NCBI GenBank assembly: GCA_965246885.1
Contig: OZ251992.1
Coordinates: 1,632,001-1,696,000, forward strand
Origin: Abditibacterium sp.
GTDB taxonomy: Bacteria > Armatimonadota > Abditibacteriia > Abditibacteriales > Abditibacteriaceae
DNA length: 64,000 bases
Direction: 5' to 3'
The notes under the pieces are model-generated. The model did no database searches. It had not been told where the DNA came from and saw only the letters and a list, made by a program, of their open reading frames with translations. Shown in pieces: positions 9,953 through 20,228 of this stretch. The first letter of the stretch is position 1. Each line of letters begins with the position of its first letter. The translations under genes were made by a program, and so were the position numbers.

Positions 9953-12481
9953 ATGCACATTTCCCTTCCTGAACCCTGCTTAGTCGTGCTCGTTGGCGCG
10001 AGTGGCGCGGGTAAATCTTCCTTTGCGCGGCGCCACTTTCTGCCGTCGGAAGTCGTATCGAGCGATTTTTGCCGCGCGTTGGTGTGCGACGACGAGAACT
10101 CCCTCGAAGCGACAAGTGACGCTTTCGATTTGCTGCATACCATCGTCGGCAAGCGGCTTCACAACTTGCGCCTCACGGTCGTGGACGCGACCAACGTGCA
10201 GGAGTCGAGCCGCAAATCGCTCGTGCAGTTGGCGCGTAGGCACCACTTGTTCGCGGTTGCTGTGGTTTTGAACGTGCCCGAAAGCGTTTGTCAAGAGCGC
10301 AATGAAAAGCGGCCCGACCGCAACTTCGGGCCGCACGTGGTGCGCAACCATTTGCGCGAATTGCGTGGCTCTTTGCGACATCTGGAGAAAGAGGGGTTCC
10401 GGCGCGTGTTCATTTTAAACGGCGTCGAGGAAGTCGAGGCGGCAACCGTTGGGCGCGCGCCACTTTTTAACGACCGCCGCGACTTGGCGGGGCCATTCGA
10501 TATTCTGGGCGACGTGCACGGTTGCGGCGACGAATTGGAATTGCTGCTGGCCAAGCTTGGTTATGCGCGCGACGGCGACGGGACGTTCCGGCACGGCGAG
10601 CGGACGGCGGTGTTCGTCGGCGACTTGGTAGACCGGGGGCCGCGCGTGGCCGACGTGTTGGACATCGCGCAAAAGATGATCGCGGCGGGAAGCGCCTTGT
10701 GCGTGCGCGGCAATCACGACGACAAAGTTTTGCGCTATTTAGAAGGCAAAGCGCCCAAAGTGGCGCACGGTTTGGACGCGTCCATCGCCGACTTGGAGCG
10801 GTGCGACGACGCGTTTCGTGAGCGGGCCAAAGAGTTTTTGGACGCGCTGATCTCCCACTACGTGTTGGACGGTGGGCGGTTGGTCGTGGCGCACGCGGGG
10901 TGCAAGGCCGAGTTTCAGGGGCGTTCGAGCGGCGCGGTGCGCTCGTTTTGCTTGTATGGCGAAACGACGGGCGAAACCGACGAGTTCGGCCTGCCCGTCC
11001 GTTACCCTTGGGCGCAGGATTATCGCGGGCGGGCGGCGGTGGTTTACGGACATACGCCCGTCCCGCGCGCCGAGTGGCTCAACAATACGTTGGATATAGA
11101 CACCGGTTGCGTCTTCGGCGGCAAGTTGACCGCGCTACGCTGGCCCGAACGGGAGTTCGTGTCGGTAGATGCGCTCCAAACCTACGCCGAACCGGTGCGG
11201 CCCTTGGGCTATGTGGACGGCATGGGCCAAATCGCGGCGGACGAAACGCTCGATTTTGCGGATGTTTCGGGCAAGCGTGTGTTGGATAATGCGTTCTTGA
11301 CGCGCGTGACTATCGGCGCCGAACAGGGCGCGGCGGCTTTGGAAGTGTTGTCGCGCTTTGGAACCGACCCGCGCTGGCTGATTCACTTGCCGCCCACCAT
11401 GTCGCCGACCGCGACGGCCCCGGCGGAATTGGGGTTGCTCGAACACCCGGCGACGGTGTGGCATTATTTCCGGGAGAATGGCGTCCAAACCGTCGTATGC
11501 GAGGAGAAACATATGGGGTCGCGCGCCGTGTGCGCGGTGTGCCGCGACGAAACGGCGGCCATGCGGCGCTTTGGCGTGCCGGGCGAAAGCGGCGCGATTT
11601 GGACGCGCACCGGGCGGCGTTTCTTCGATGATTTGGCGCTGGAGGGCGAAGTCTTGGAGAGGCTACGCGGCGCCATGACGCGGCTGGGATGGTGGGAGGA
11701 GTGGGCGTCGGACTGGTTTTGTTTGGACGCGGAACTCTTGCCTTGGTCGGCCAAAGCGCAAGAACTTATCGCCCGCCAATACGCGCCCGTCGCCGATGCG
11801 GGAACGTCCGCCCTCGCCGCCGCGCAAAGCGCGCTTGATATGGCGGCCAGTCGCGGCCTTGATGTCGGCGTGTGGGGAGCCGAGAACGCCGTCCGTGAGG
11901 ACTCTTTATCACGTTACCGCGCCGCTTTCGAGCGGTATTGTTGGCCTGTCGCGGGGGTAGAGGATTTGAAGTTCGCGCCGTTTCATCTTTTGGCGAGCGA
12001 AGGCGCCGTTCACACGGACAAGTCGCACGTTTGGCACATGGAAACCCTCGCTCGTTTAGCGGGAGAGGAGCCGATTTGCGTGGCGACGCCCTTTCGCGTC
12101 GTGGATTTAGAGGATGCCGCCGCCATCCGCGCCGCCGAAGATTGGTGGCTCGAACTAACGCGCGCGGGCGGCGAGGGCATGGTGGTGAAGCCGCTCGATT
12201 GGATCAACCATCACGACGGGCGGCTCGTGCAGCCCGCGCTCAAGTGTCGCGGCGCCGAATATCTGCGCATCATTTATGGGCCGGAGTATCTGTTGCCCGA
12301 AAACCTGTCGCGCCTGCGCAAGCGCGCCCTCGCCGCCAAGCGTTCCCTCGCCCTGCGCGAGTGGGCCTTAGGCATGGAGAGCTTGCGCCGCTTTGTGGCA
12401 GGCGAAGGGTTGCGCCGCACACACGAGTGCGTCTGGGGCGTCCTCGCGCTTGAAAGCGAGCCGGTAGACCCGCGCCTGTGA
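9953..12481 (+). CDS. pnkp: polynucleotide kinase-phosphatase (kinase, metallophosphoesterase, ligase-like)
   Basis: GASGAGKS, GDVHG/GDLVDRG/GNHD, EEKHMGSR, EGMVVKP and C-terminal ESEPVDPRL. Confidence 0.97.
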   Translation: MHISLPEPCLVVLVGASGAGKSSFARRHFLPSEVVSSDFCRALVCDDENSLEATSDAFDLLHTIVGKRLHNLRLTVVDATNVQESSRKSLVQLARRHHLFAVAVVLNVPESVCQERNEKRPDRNFGPHVVRNHLRELRGSLRHLEKEGFRRVFILNGVEEVEAATVGRAPLFNDRRDLAGPFDILGDVHGCGDELELLLAKLGYARDGDGTFRHGERTAVFVGDLVDRGPRVADVLDIAQKMIAAGSALCVRGNHDDKVLRYLEGKAPKVAHGLDASIADLERCDDAFRERAKEFLDALISHYVLDGGRLVVAHAGCKAEFQGRSSGAVRSFCLYGETTGETDEFGLPVRYPWAQDYRGRAAVVYGHTPVPRAEWLNNTLDIDTGCVFGGKLTALRWPEREFVSVDALQTYAEPVRPLGYVDGMGQIAADETLDFADVSGKRVLDNAFLTRVTIGAEQGAAALEVLSRFGTDPRWLIHLPPTMSPTATAPAELGLLEHPATVWHYFRENGVQTVVCEEKHMGSRAVCAVCRDETAAMRRFGVPGESGAIWTRTGRRFFDDLALEGEVLERLRGAMTRLGWWEEWASDWFCLDAELLPWSAKAQELIARQYAPVADAGTSALAAAQSALDMAASRGLDVGVWGAENAVREDSLSRYRAAFERYCWPVAGVEDLKFAPFHLLASEGAVHTDKSHVWHMETLARLAGEEPICVATPFRVVDLEDAAAIRAAEDWWLELTRAGGEGMVVKPLDWINHHDGRLVQPALKCRGAEYLRIIYGPEYLLPENLSRLRKRALAAKRSLALREWALGMESLRRFVAGEGLRRTHECVWGVLALESEPVDPRL

Positions 12482-12629
12482 GTCAAGAGGCATCGCTGGG
12501 GGCTTTCTGTCGTTTTGCTTGGTCGCCGCATCACTTGACAGCAAGCGCCTATAATTGCCAAAAACTTTGTGATAAAGTTCCCGTCGAACGGTTTTCGCGC
12601 GCCGATTTCCTTGGGCGCGCTTCCACTCT

Positions 12630-14099
12630 ATGCGACACATCCACCTGTTCGCGTTGCTCGCCGCAACGCTCGCGCCTCTTGGCGTTGCTCACGCGCAAAA
12701 GCGCATCCTCACTCCCAACGCGCCCGCCACTGAAATTGGCCAAGCCGCCATTTCGCGGCAACTGCTGCAACGGATGGCGTTGCGTTCCTCCATCAACGCC
12801 AACTTCCTCGTCAAATCGCCGACCATATTCGCGGCGCGCGGCGAGTTGGGCACCGACAAACTCAATCAAACCGTCGAAGTGCGCGGCTTTTACTACGACG
12901 GCTCGATTCCGATGGTCGTGGACGATATCGAGCGCGTCAACTGCGATACGCTCATGCCCGCGCAGTCGTATGTGCCGCTCGCCCAAGCTGTTCCCGACCT
13001 CAAAAACGGCGACGAAGTGACAGTTTCTGGCCGCTTAGTGACTCCCCAAGCCATTGGTTTGAAGCTCGAAAACGAGGGGAGCGTCTTAAAATTTGAGACG
13101 CCCGTCCAACAAGCCGTCAAGCGCGTCGGAACGATTAACGCTTCCAAACTGCGCCTCGACCCAAACCTCAAAGTGCGGATTCCGGGCGGCATTTTCCAGC
13201 TAACGCCCCAGAAATACGCCGTGCTGTTGGTCGGCGGCGGCGACGCGGCCAACAATCACCTGCGCTATTGGAATGACCTAAAGACCATGAACGCCATTCT
13301 GGTTGCGCGCGGCTACAAGAAGAGTAACATCACGGTCATTTACGCTGATGGTGTCGCCAAAGACGCTTCAATGTCTGTCAACTACTCGGCCTCCAAAGCC
13401 AATGTCAACAAAGTCTTTAAGGACTTGGGCGACAAATTGGGCGCCCAAGATGAACTGTACGTGATGGTCAACGATCACGGCGGCGGCTTTTTGGGCCAGC
13501 AATCGGGCAGTAACGGCCCCGGCTCCTATGGAGCGCTTCTCGACGCGAGCAACTCGGTCGGCACCGCATGGAGCGAGGCCGCTTTCAACCGGGATTTGAA
13601 CTACGACGGCGACAAGAACGACACCGTGCATTTCCACAACACCGTCTGTTTGTGGGGCGAACTGATGACCGAAGATGAGTTTGGCGCCGCGCTCGACCAA
13701 GTGAAAAACGTTAAAACGGAGATGCTTCAAATGAAGCAGTGTTTTTCGGGCGGTTTCACGCAACGCCTCAACCGCGCGAACCGCGTCGTGATGTCCTCGT
13801 GCGGCCCGAACGAATTTTCGTGGGGCCACTCCAAAGGCAACTACGGCTCATTTACCTACTACTATTTCTCGGCGCTGACGGGGAAGACGCCCGATGGCGG
13901 ACTCATTAACGGTAGTTCTTCCGTCAACGCTGACGCGAACGGCGACGGTAAAGTCACGCTCGCCGAAGCGTGGAACTACGCCAAATCGAAAAACCCGGCC
14001 CCGGAAACCGCGCTTTATGCGGACACCGCTTCGGCCCCAGTCTCGGGCACCATGCCAATGGGGGGCCAAGGTGCTCTGGGTGGTTTCATCACGCCGTAA
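12630..14099 (+). CDS. secreted C13 (legumain/caspase-fold) peptidase
   Basis: signal peptide ending AHA; RYWND, NDHGG (His) and QCFSGGF (Cys); DANGDG Ca-loop-like motif. Confidence 0.8.
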   Translation: MRHIHLFALLAATLAPLGVAHAQKRILTPNAPATEIGQAAISRQLLQRMALRSSINANFLVKSPTIFAARGELGTDKLNQTVEVRGFYYDGSIPMVVDDIERVNCDTLMPAQSYVPLAQAVPDLKNGDEVTVSGRLVTPQAIGLKLENEGSVLKFETPVQQAVKRVGTINASKLRLDPNLKVRIPGGIFQLTPQKYAVLLVGGGDAANNHLRYWNDLKTMNAILVARGYKKSNITVIYADGVAKDASMSVNYSASKANVNKVFKDLGDKLGAQDELYVMVNDHGGGFLGQQSGSNGPGSYGALLDASNSVGTAWSEAAFNRDLNYDGDKNDTVHFHNTVCLWGELMTEDEFGAALDQVKNVKTEMLQMKQCFSGGFTQRLNRANRVVMSSCGPNEFSWGHSKGNYGSFTYYYFSALTGKTPDGGLINGSSSVNADANGDGKVTLAEAWNYAKSKNPAPETALYADTASAPVSGTMPMGGQGALGGFITP

Positions 14100-14116
14100 G
14101 CAACGACAAATTCCAA

Positions 14117-14138
14117 GCCGCGCCCAAAAGGGCGCGGC
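14117..14138. terminator. GC hairpin between convergent genes
   Basis: GCCGCGCCC-AAAA-GGGCGCGGC. Confidence 0.5.
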
Positions 14139-14176
14139 CATAGTGCCCGTCCCACCGATAAGCGAGGGAACTGTTG

Positions 14177-14788
14177 TTAAACCCGCGCTTTCAGATACGC
14201 CGACAACAGCGCGACGGCGCGGCCCCGGTGCGAAATGCTCGCTTTGACTTCTGCAGGAACTTGCGCCATCGTTTGGCCGACGAACTCCGACTCGGCGCCC
14301 GATGCGAGGGTGATTCCGAAGATGGGGTCGTAACCAAAACCGTTTTCGCCGCGTGCTTCGAGGGCGATTTCTCCCTCGCAAGTGGCTTGATCTTCCCATT
14401 CGACGGCATCGGGCGTGGCCAAGCAGAGCGCGCAACGATAGCGGGCGCTTCGGTGTTCGACGGGCACGCCATCCAAGCGGGACAGGAGCGCGGCGTTGCG
14501 CAGGCGCAGATCGCCATCGAACCAGCGCGCGGAATGAACGCCCGGTTTGCCGCCGAGGGCGTCCACTTCCAACCCGGAATCGTCGGCGAGCACCCTCGCG
14601 CCGAAGTGTTGCGCGTAGAACTCGGCCTTGATGCGAGCGTTGCCGCGCATGGTGTCGGCGTCCTCATCGGGCGCTTCGGTGGCGGGATAGTCGGCGAGGG
14701 TTTCCAGTTCCAAGCCGGGGACGTCGCGCAGCATGGCGGCGATTTCGCGGACTTTGCCTTGGCTGGTGGTGGCGAGAAGGAGCTTCAT
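14177..14788 (-). CDS. rdgB: non-canonical purine NTP pyrophosphatase (RdgB/HAM1)
   Basis: ADDSGL, PGVHSAR, GFGYDPIF and ISHRGRA; start overlaps the murI stop. Confidence 0.95.
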   Translation of the reverse strand: MKLLLATTSQGKVREIAAMLRDVPGLELETLADYPATEAPDEDADTMRGNARIKAEFYAQHFGARVLADDSGLEVDALGGKPGVHSARWFDGDLRLRNAALLSRLDGVPVEHRSARYRCALCLATPDAVEWEDQATCEGEIALEARGENGFGYDPIFGITLASGAESEFVGQTMAQVPAEVKASISHRGRAVALLSAYLKARV

Positions 14789-15576
14789 TTGTGGGCGGGC
14801 GGGTCGAAGACCGGGCCAGTTTCCAGCGTCGGTGCGATGCCCAGCAGCGTTTCGGCCCACTGCGCGACGCCCGCCGTTTCACCCGACACGAAGTAACGGT
14901 CGGGCAAGTCGTGTGGCGTGGTGAACGGAAAGCGCGCCGCGACCTCTTCGGCGAGCGCCGTCGCGGGGTCAACGAAGCCCACGTGCGGCGCCACTTCGCG
15001 TAGCATCGGCAGCAAAAGCGGGTAGTGTGTGCAACCCAATATGACTGTGTCCGCCCCAAACTTCCGCAAGGGCGCGAGGTAATGCTCGCACGCAGCACGC
15101 GCTTCGTCCGAGTCGGTTTGATGCGCTTCAACAAGTGGCACAAACGCCGGACATGCCACCTCGCACACGCTCAAAAGTGGGTTGAGGCGGTGGATGACGC
15201 GCGTGTAAATGCTCGAATCCACCGTTGACTGCGTGGCCAACACGCCGATCTTGCGGCCCAACAGCCCCGCCAAGCGCGCCCCCGGTTCGATAACACCAAA
15301 GACGGGGGTGGGCGCGAACTGCGTGCGCGCCACGTCGAGGGCGTGCGCCGAGGTCGTGTTGCACGCGAAGACGAGGGCGTCGGCGCCTTGGCGCCGCAAA
15401 AAGCGCGAAATGGACAGCGCGTAGTGCCGCACTTGTTCGCTCGACTTATCGCCGTAGGGCAGATGCGCGGTGTCGGCGAAATACAACAAGCGGGCGCCGG
15501 GCAACCGTTTCTTGATCTCCCGCGCGACTGTTAGTCCTCCCACCCCCGAATCGCGCACGCCAAGCGTCAGCTTCAT
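14785..15576 (-). CDS. murI: glutamate racemase
   Basis: DSGVGG, PYGDK, ACNT and LGCTHYP. Confidence 0.96.
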   Translation of the reverse strand: MKLTLGVRDSGVGGLTVAREIKKRLPGARLLYFADTAHLPYGDKSSEQVRHYALSISRFLRRQGADALVFACNTTSAHALDVARTQFAPTPVFGVIEPGARLAGLLGRKIGVLATQSTVDSSIYTRVIHRLNPLLSVCEVACPAFVPLVEAHQTDSDEARAACEHYLAPLRKFGADTVILGCTHYPLLLPMLREVAPHVGFVDPATALAEEVAARFPFTTPHDLPDRYFVSGETAGVAQWAETLLGIAPTLETGPVFDPPAHK

Positions 15577-16172
15577 GGCGCGCTCGCTTCCAGTTTGGCG
15601 TTGGGTTCGATGGCATCGCTTGCGTCGAAGCCGTTGAGTTGGTCGGCGCCGATGGGCCGCTTCTCGACTTGCAGGGCGACCGGCTTGCCGCCTTGACTGG
15701 CGGAGTTCACGAGCGCATAAACCGCCAACTCCGTAGTTTTCTCCCCCTTCCCCGACCAAAAGGCGGCGGTGGCGAAGTTGCGGTTGAGGTTGATGGCGAT
15801 AGTCTTGCCGTCATCACGGACGTCCACGACCTGCGTTTTGGGCGGGAACCACGCGGGCGCCATGCGCACGACTTCCCCCAGCGCCGCCGTCGAGTTGCCG
15901 AACTTACGCTGAGCGTCGAGCGCCGCTTTCGAGACGGCACGCAGGTGGAGTTTGTCGTCGCTCCCCGGCACCCAGACGCTCGACAGCATCCCTGCGCCAC
16001 TCGCGGGCGTGCCACTGGCGGAGGGTAAAGCGGCGGAGTTGGCGGAGGCAGTGTTCGCGTCGGCGAGCGAATTACTTCCCGACGCTGCGGTGTTGCCACT
16101 ATTCGAGGGCGTGCACCCGCCCACGACGAGCGCGCCGATACCTAAGCTAAGGAAGAAAGCGAACGGTTTCAC
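15573..16172 (-). CDS. GerMN-domain lipoprotein
   Basis: lipobox VGGC; AINLNRNF...ELAVYALVNS; amidase-GerMN-murI-rdgB context. Confidence 0.75.
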   Translation of the reverse strand: MKPFAFFLSLGIGALVVGGCTPSNSGNTAASGSNSLADANTASANSAALPSASGTPASGAGMLSSVWVPGSDDKLHLRAVSKAALDAQRKFGNSTAALGEVVRMAPAWFPPKTQVVDVRDDGKTIAINLNRNFATAAFWSGKGEKTTELAVYALVNSASQGGKPVALQVEKRPIGADQLNGFDASDAIEPNAKLEASAP

Positions 16173-16181
16173 GGTAGGGGA

Positions 16182-17882
16182 TTAGCCGCTTGCGCCCTTG
16201 CGGTAGACGCGGGCGTACGAGTCCACGCCGCGCGCCACGCCATCGGCGACGCGCTGGCACCATTCCGGCGAGTTGAGCAAGCCTTCTTCGCGCCCATTGG
16301 TCACGAACGCGACTTCGAGCAGGACGGAAGGCATCCATGTTTTGCGGATAACGAAAAAGCGCGCTTGCGAAATGCCGCGATTGGGGCACCCCGTCACGGC
16401 GGCCAGTTCGCGATGGATCTCGTGCGCCAAGCCGACGGACTGCGCCGTGTAGTAAAAGGTCTCCGTGCCCGTCGAGGAGCGGTTGACCGAAGCGTTATTG
16501 TGGATGGAAATGAACAAATCGGCGCGGCGGGTGTTGGCAAAATCCACGCGGCCTTGCAGCGACACGAAGGTGTCGTTCGAGCGCGTGAGTTGCACATCGG
16601 CGCCGCGTGCGCGCAGATCGGCGGCGAGACGCTGAATCAAATCGAGTGTCCGGTTCTTCTCGTCCGTATAAGAGCCGTGCGCGCCGTGATCGTAGCCGCC
16701 ATGCCCCGCGTCGAGAACGATGGTCATGCCGCTTAGGGACGAGGGGACGGATAGTCCGGTCGGCCCACCGGGAACCGGGCCGCCGGGCGGACGTGCCACA
16801 ACGGGCGGCGTAATGACAAACGCGAACATCGTCGGGTCGCCGCTTTCGATGGCCGTTCCCGTCAAGTTCTTCTTGAGGTCGAGCGTGACGCGCGTGATGT
16901 CGGGGAACTTGGAGGGCATCCCGGCGCGCGCGCGCAACACGTCGCCTGACCCGCCCGAAACGACGCGCTCGCTTGTGGTGGCGAGGGCATCGAAGCCCAT
17001 CGAGTAGCCGGGGAAGTCAATGTAGAGCCGCGCGCTTCCATCGGCGCCGCGCATAGAGTTGAACTTGAGTCCGGCGGGAAGCGGCTTGCTGGTCTTGACC
17101 GTGATAGCAACGGTGTCGCGGAGCGGGAACACTTGTACCGACTCGACGGTTGGGGTGAGCGTGAGCACTCCTGCCGCGTCAAGGCGCGTCGCGGCGCCGA
17201 GCAGGGGGGCGATGGAAAAGACCGGCATGTAAATCTGCCCGCCCACGACAAGCGGCGCGGCGCGCAGCGTTTGCTCGTTGTGGTCTATCCACGCCTTGTT
17301 TTGCCCCATGCACAAGATGATGGGCGGCTGGCCGGAACGGTTGATTTGGAAGAAATCGTTCTGGATGGGCGCGTTCTGGTTGCCGGGGACGAGGCGCAAA
17401 TCGGCTTTGGTGACGCGAGCGCCCAGTAGCTCCATGTTCTCCACCAGAGGCGCGAGAACGTCCAAGTTGCCCACGCGCATCGGCGCGGCGTCGAGACGCA
17501 CTGGGCCGACTTGAATGGCGCGAATGGCGTCGAGGGGAACTTGGGTGCGGCCAAGGGCGGGCGGCGGTTGCGAGGGGTCTACGTTGGTCTGGTCGCTCGC
17601 GTTGGCATACGTTACGCCGGGAAGTTGCGGCGTTCCGGGCGGCGCGGCGCCGCCCGTCCAGTCTGACGCGGCGCCATTGCTTTTGACAACCGGCCCACCG
17701 ATGGGAGTTCCACCCAGCGGGTAGTCAGCGTGAATAGCGCCAAAAGGCGCGGGGTTAGAAAGCGCGGGACGGCTCGTCACGGGATGCGCGTCAGCGCTCA
17801 GCGTGCAACACAGCGCCAGCGCGGGCACAAGCAAAAGCAAAAGGCGTCCAGAAAGGCGGCGATGAAGTGGGCGACTGGGCAT
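16182..17882 (-). CDS. N-acetylmuramoyl-L-alanine amidase (Amidase_3) with N-terminal accessory domains
   Basis: LDAGHGG, EK, FISIHNN and SVLLEVAF; signal peptide; start uncertain (17882 or 17969). Confidence 0.92.
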   Translation of the reverse strand: MPSRPLHRRLSGRLLLLLVPALALCCTLSADAHPVTSRPALSNPAPFGAIHADYPLGGTPIGGPVVKSNGAASDWTGGAAPPGTPQLPGVTYANASDQTNVDPSQPPPALGRTQVPLDAIRAIQVGPVRLDAAPMRVGNLDVLAPLVENMELLGARVTKADLRLVPGNQNAPIQNDFFQINRSGQPPIILCMGQNKAWIDHNEQTLRAAPLVVGGQIYMPVFSIAPLLGAATRLDAAGVLTLTPTVESVQVFPLRDTVAITVKTSKPLPAGLKFNSMRGADGSARLYIDFPGYSMGFDALATTSERVVSGGSGDVLRARAGMPSKFPDITRVTLDLKKNLTGTAIESGDPTMFAFVITPPVVARPPGGPVPGGPTGLSVPSSLSGMTIVLDAGHGGYDHGAHGSYTDEKNRTLDLIQRLAADLRARGADVQLTRSNDTFVSLQGRVDFANTRRADLFISIHNNASVNRSSTGTETFYYTAQSVGLAHEIHRELAAVTGCPNRGISQARFFVIRKTWMPSVLLEVAFVTNGREEGLLNSPEWCQRVADGVARGVDSYARVYRKGASG

Positions 17883-17996
17883 AATGGAAGCAAAGCAAAC
17901 CGACGCGCGGCCCCCTTGCCGCGTAGAAATAGCGTTTATAGGGTAACGCACTTGCTCGAAAATGACCAATGCGGAGGCGAGCTACTCGGCGGTAGT

Positions 17997-18527
17997 CTAC
18001 TTTCCGTGCGTCATGACAAGCCAGCAGATTAGCCCAATGAAGGCCCCGCCGCCCGCCGCGAGAACAACCATATTTACGTTGAGAGGACGGGCGTGACCAA
18101 CGCCAGCGCCGTCGGGATGAAGAAGCGGCCTGTCATCGTGCAAAGCTGGTTCGGGCGCGGCAGCTTGGCCTTTCTCCAACTCCTCTTGCTTTTTGGCGCA
18201 CGAGGCGCAACGGAAGTAGCCGGGGTTTTCGTGCGCGTGAAACCAGCGCTCGCAGTCGGGGCAATGCCGCAGAAAGTGGTCGGGACACAAAGGTTTGGCT
18301 TCGATGACCGCCCCCGTTGCGGGGTCGTTGGTTTCAAAGGTGAGGTAGCGCTCGTCATCGAAGACCGGGAACGGGGAGCGCAGGTTGCGGCTACACACGA
18401 AGCAGGCGAAGGGGAACATGGCGCCGCAGTGGAGGCACTGCACGCGCCGCGAGTTCGAGCCAACTTCGCCGCCGCAATGACGGCAGTGCAATGTCGTGGA
18501 GGAAGAGGAAGTAATTGTTGCCGCCAT
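17997..18527 (-). CDS. multi-zinc-ribbon protein with C-terminal TM helix
   Basis: CRHC, CLHC, CFVC, CPDH, CPDC and CASC; hydrophobic C-terminus. Confidence 0.7.
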   Translation of the reverse strand: MAATITSSSSTTLHCRHCGGEVGSNSRRVQCLHCGAMFPFACFVCSRNLRSPFPVFDDERYLTFETNDPATGAVIEAKPLCPDHFLRHCPDCERWFHAHENPGYFRCASCAKKQEELEKGQAAAPEPALHDDRPLLHPDGAGVGHARPLNVNMVVLAAGGGAFIGLICWLVMTHGK

Positions 18528-18611
18528 ATCCGGTAATGCCCGTTAGAAAACAAAATTTGTGACGCGCCAGTCGGCGCGCGGTGCGTTAAATTGATGCCCC
18601 TAAAGCTATTT

Positions 18612-19415
18612 TTAACCTTGCGCTGCCCGCACGATGGCGGCGAAGGAGTCGGCTTTAAGACTGGCGCCGCCAACCAAAGCGCCATCTATATGCGGCAGAG
18701 AGAGCAATTCGTGGGCGTTATCGGGTTTGACCGAGCCACCGTATTGAATCCGCACCGCCGCGCCTTCGCCCGCGCCAAAGTCGGAAGCGACCGTCGCGCG
18801 GATGACTCCGCACACCCGGTTCGCTTCTTCGCTGGCACAAACTTCGCCGGTGCCAATGGCCCACACCGGCTCGTAAGCGAACACGACGCGCCCGACCTGC
18901 TGCTCGGAGACCCCGCTTAAAGCTAACACGACTTGTCTCCTAACAGTAGCATCGGTCTGGCCATTCTTGCGTTCTTCGGATGTTTCTCCTACACATACGA
19001 TCGGGGTAATCCCTGAATCGAGCGCGGCGCGCAGTTTGAGGTTCACCGAGGCGTCCGATTCGCCGAAGACGCCGCCTGCTTCGCCTTCCAAGTCGGGTTC
19101 GGGCACGCCAAAACGCCCGCGCCGTTCGGAGTGGCCAATAAGCACCAAGCGCGCGCCCGCCTCTTCCAACAGCGGAAGCGAAACTTCGCCCGTGTAAGCG
19201 CCCGACGCGCGCCAGTAAAAGTCCTGCCCACCGACTTCAACAGCGCTGCCGCGCAGCGAATCGCTGAGGGCGCTGATGGCCGTAAAGGGCGGGAAGAGGC
19301 CCATCTGGACGCCTCGGATGTCCGATACCAACGGCAAAAATTCGGTGGCAAAGGCGCGTGCCTCACCAATGGTTTTGTTCAGTTTCCAGTTGCCCGCGAT
19401 GAAAGGAGTGCGCAT
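18612..19415 (-). CDS. tpiA: triosephosphate isomerase
   Basis: AGNWK, GHSERR, AYEPVWAIGTG, YGGSVK and LVGGASL. Confidence 0.98.
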   Translation of the reverse strand: MRTPFIAGNWKLNKTIGEARAFATEFLPLVSDIRGVQMGLFPPFTAISALSDSLRGSAVEVGGQDFYWRASGAYTGEVSLPLLEEAGARLVLIGHSERRGRFGVPEPDLEGEAGGVFGESDASVNLKLRAALDSGITPIVCVGETSEERKNGQTDATVRRQVVLALSGVSEQQVGRVVFAYEPVWAIGTGEVCASEEANRVCGVIRATVASDFGAGEGAAVRIQYGGSVKPDNAHELLSLPHIDGALVGGASLKADSFAAIVRAAQG

Positions 19416-19502
19416 AAAATAGGAGAAGGCGGCCCCTTTCCAAAAGAAGCCGCCTTTTTCCTTACCACAAACCGCGTGGGTTTGGTAGTTATCGCTCCGC
19501 GT

Positions 19503-20228
19503 TTAGCGGCGCGAGCCGCTCAAAATCCGCAAAATGGCCATGAACATGTTGAAGAAATCGAGGAACAGCGAGAGCGCCGCCGAGCAATACGCGCCCGTGT
19601 CGTAGCGGCGCATGATGTTGGAGGTGTCGTAAAGGACGTAGCCCGAAAAAATCAGCAACGTGAACCACGCCATCACGTAGGAGGTGAGAGGCGAGTGGAA
19701 GATGAACGCGTTGGCCAAGCCGCCCAACACGAGGCCGACGACGCCGACGAACAAAATGCCGCTCAAGAAGGAAAAATCTTTCTTGGACGTTAAGGCGTAA
19801 GCGGTTAGGGAGCCGAACGTGATAACTGAGAGGACGCTGGCTTGGGTGAGGATGCCGGGTTGCGAGAACTCGTAAGCGGCCAAAAGTGGCGTGAACAGCC
19901 AGCCAAGTAGAGCAGTGAAGCCAAACAGGGCAAAGTAGTTGACGCCTTCAATGCGCGAGACGGCCTGCGCGCCAACCGACGCGCCGATGATAAGGATGAA
20001 CGCCAAAAGCGGCATTCGCAAGACGGCGAGCGAGGCACCGAGCAGGGCGGTCGAGTGCAGCGTCGCAACGCCCGCGAGCAAGCAACACAAAATGCCCGCG
20101 AGGAACAGGACGTAGGTTTTGCGGATGAAAGCGAGGCGAGCCTCGACGGGGGAATCGGCAACCGACACGGGCGCCGACGAGTAACCAAATGGGTTCGATT
20201 GGTTGAGCGGTTGATTGGGACTTTGCAT
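19503..20228 (-). CDS. Bax inhibitor-1/YccA family membrane protein
   Basis: about 7 TM helices; FIRKTY, YVLYDTS and LFLDFFNMF. Confidence 0.9.
   Translation of the reverse strand: MQSPNQPLNQSNPFGYSSAPVSVADSPVEARLAFIRKTYVLFLAGILCCLLAGVATLHSTALLGASLAVLRMPLLAFILIIGASVGAQAVSRIEGVNYFALFGFTALLGWLFTPLLAAYEFSQPGILTQASVLSVITFGSLTAYALTSKKDFSFLSGILFVGVVGLVLGGLANAFIFHSPLTSYVMAWFTLLIFSGYVLYDTSNIMRRYDTGAYCSAALSLFLDFFNMFMAILRILSGSRR

Noticed and set aside
15573..16172. Sporulation/germination locus
   Set aside because: GerMN domains next to amidase and murI are common in non-sporulating bacteria.
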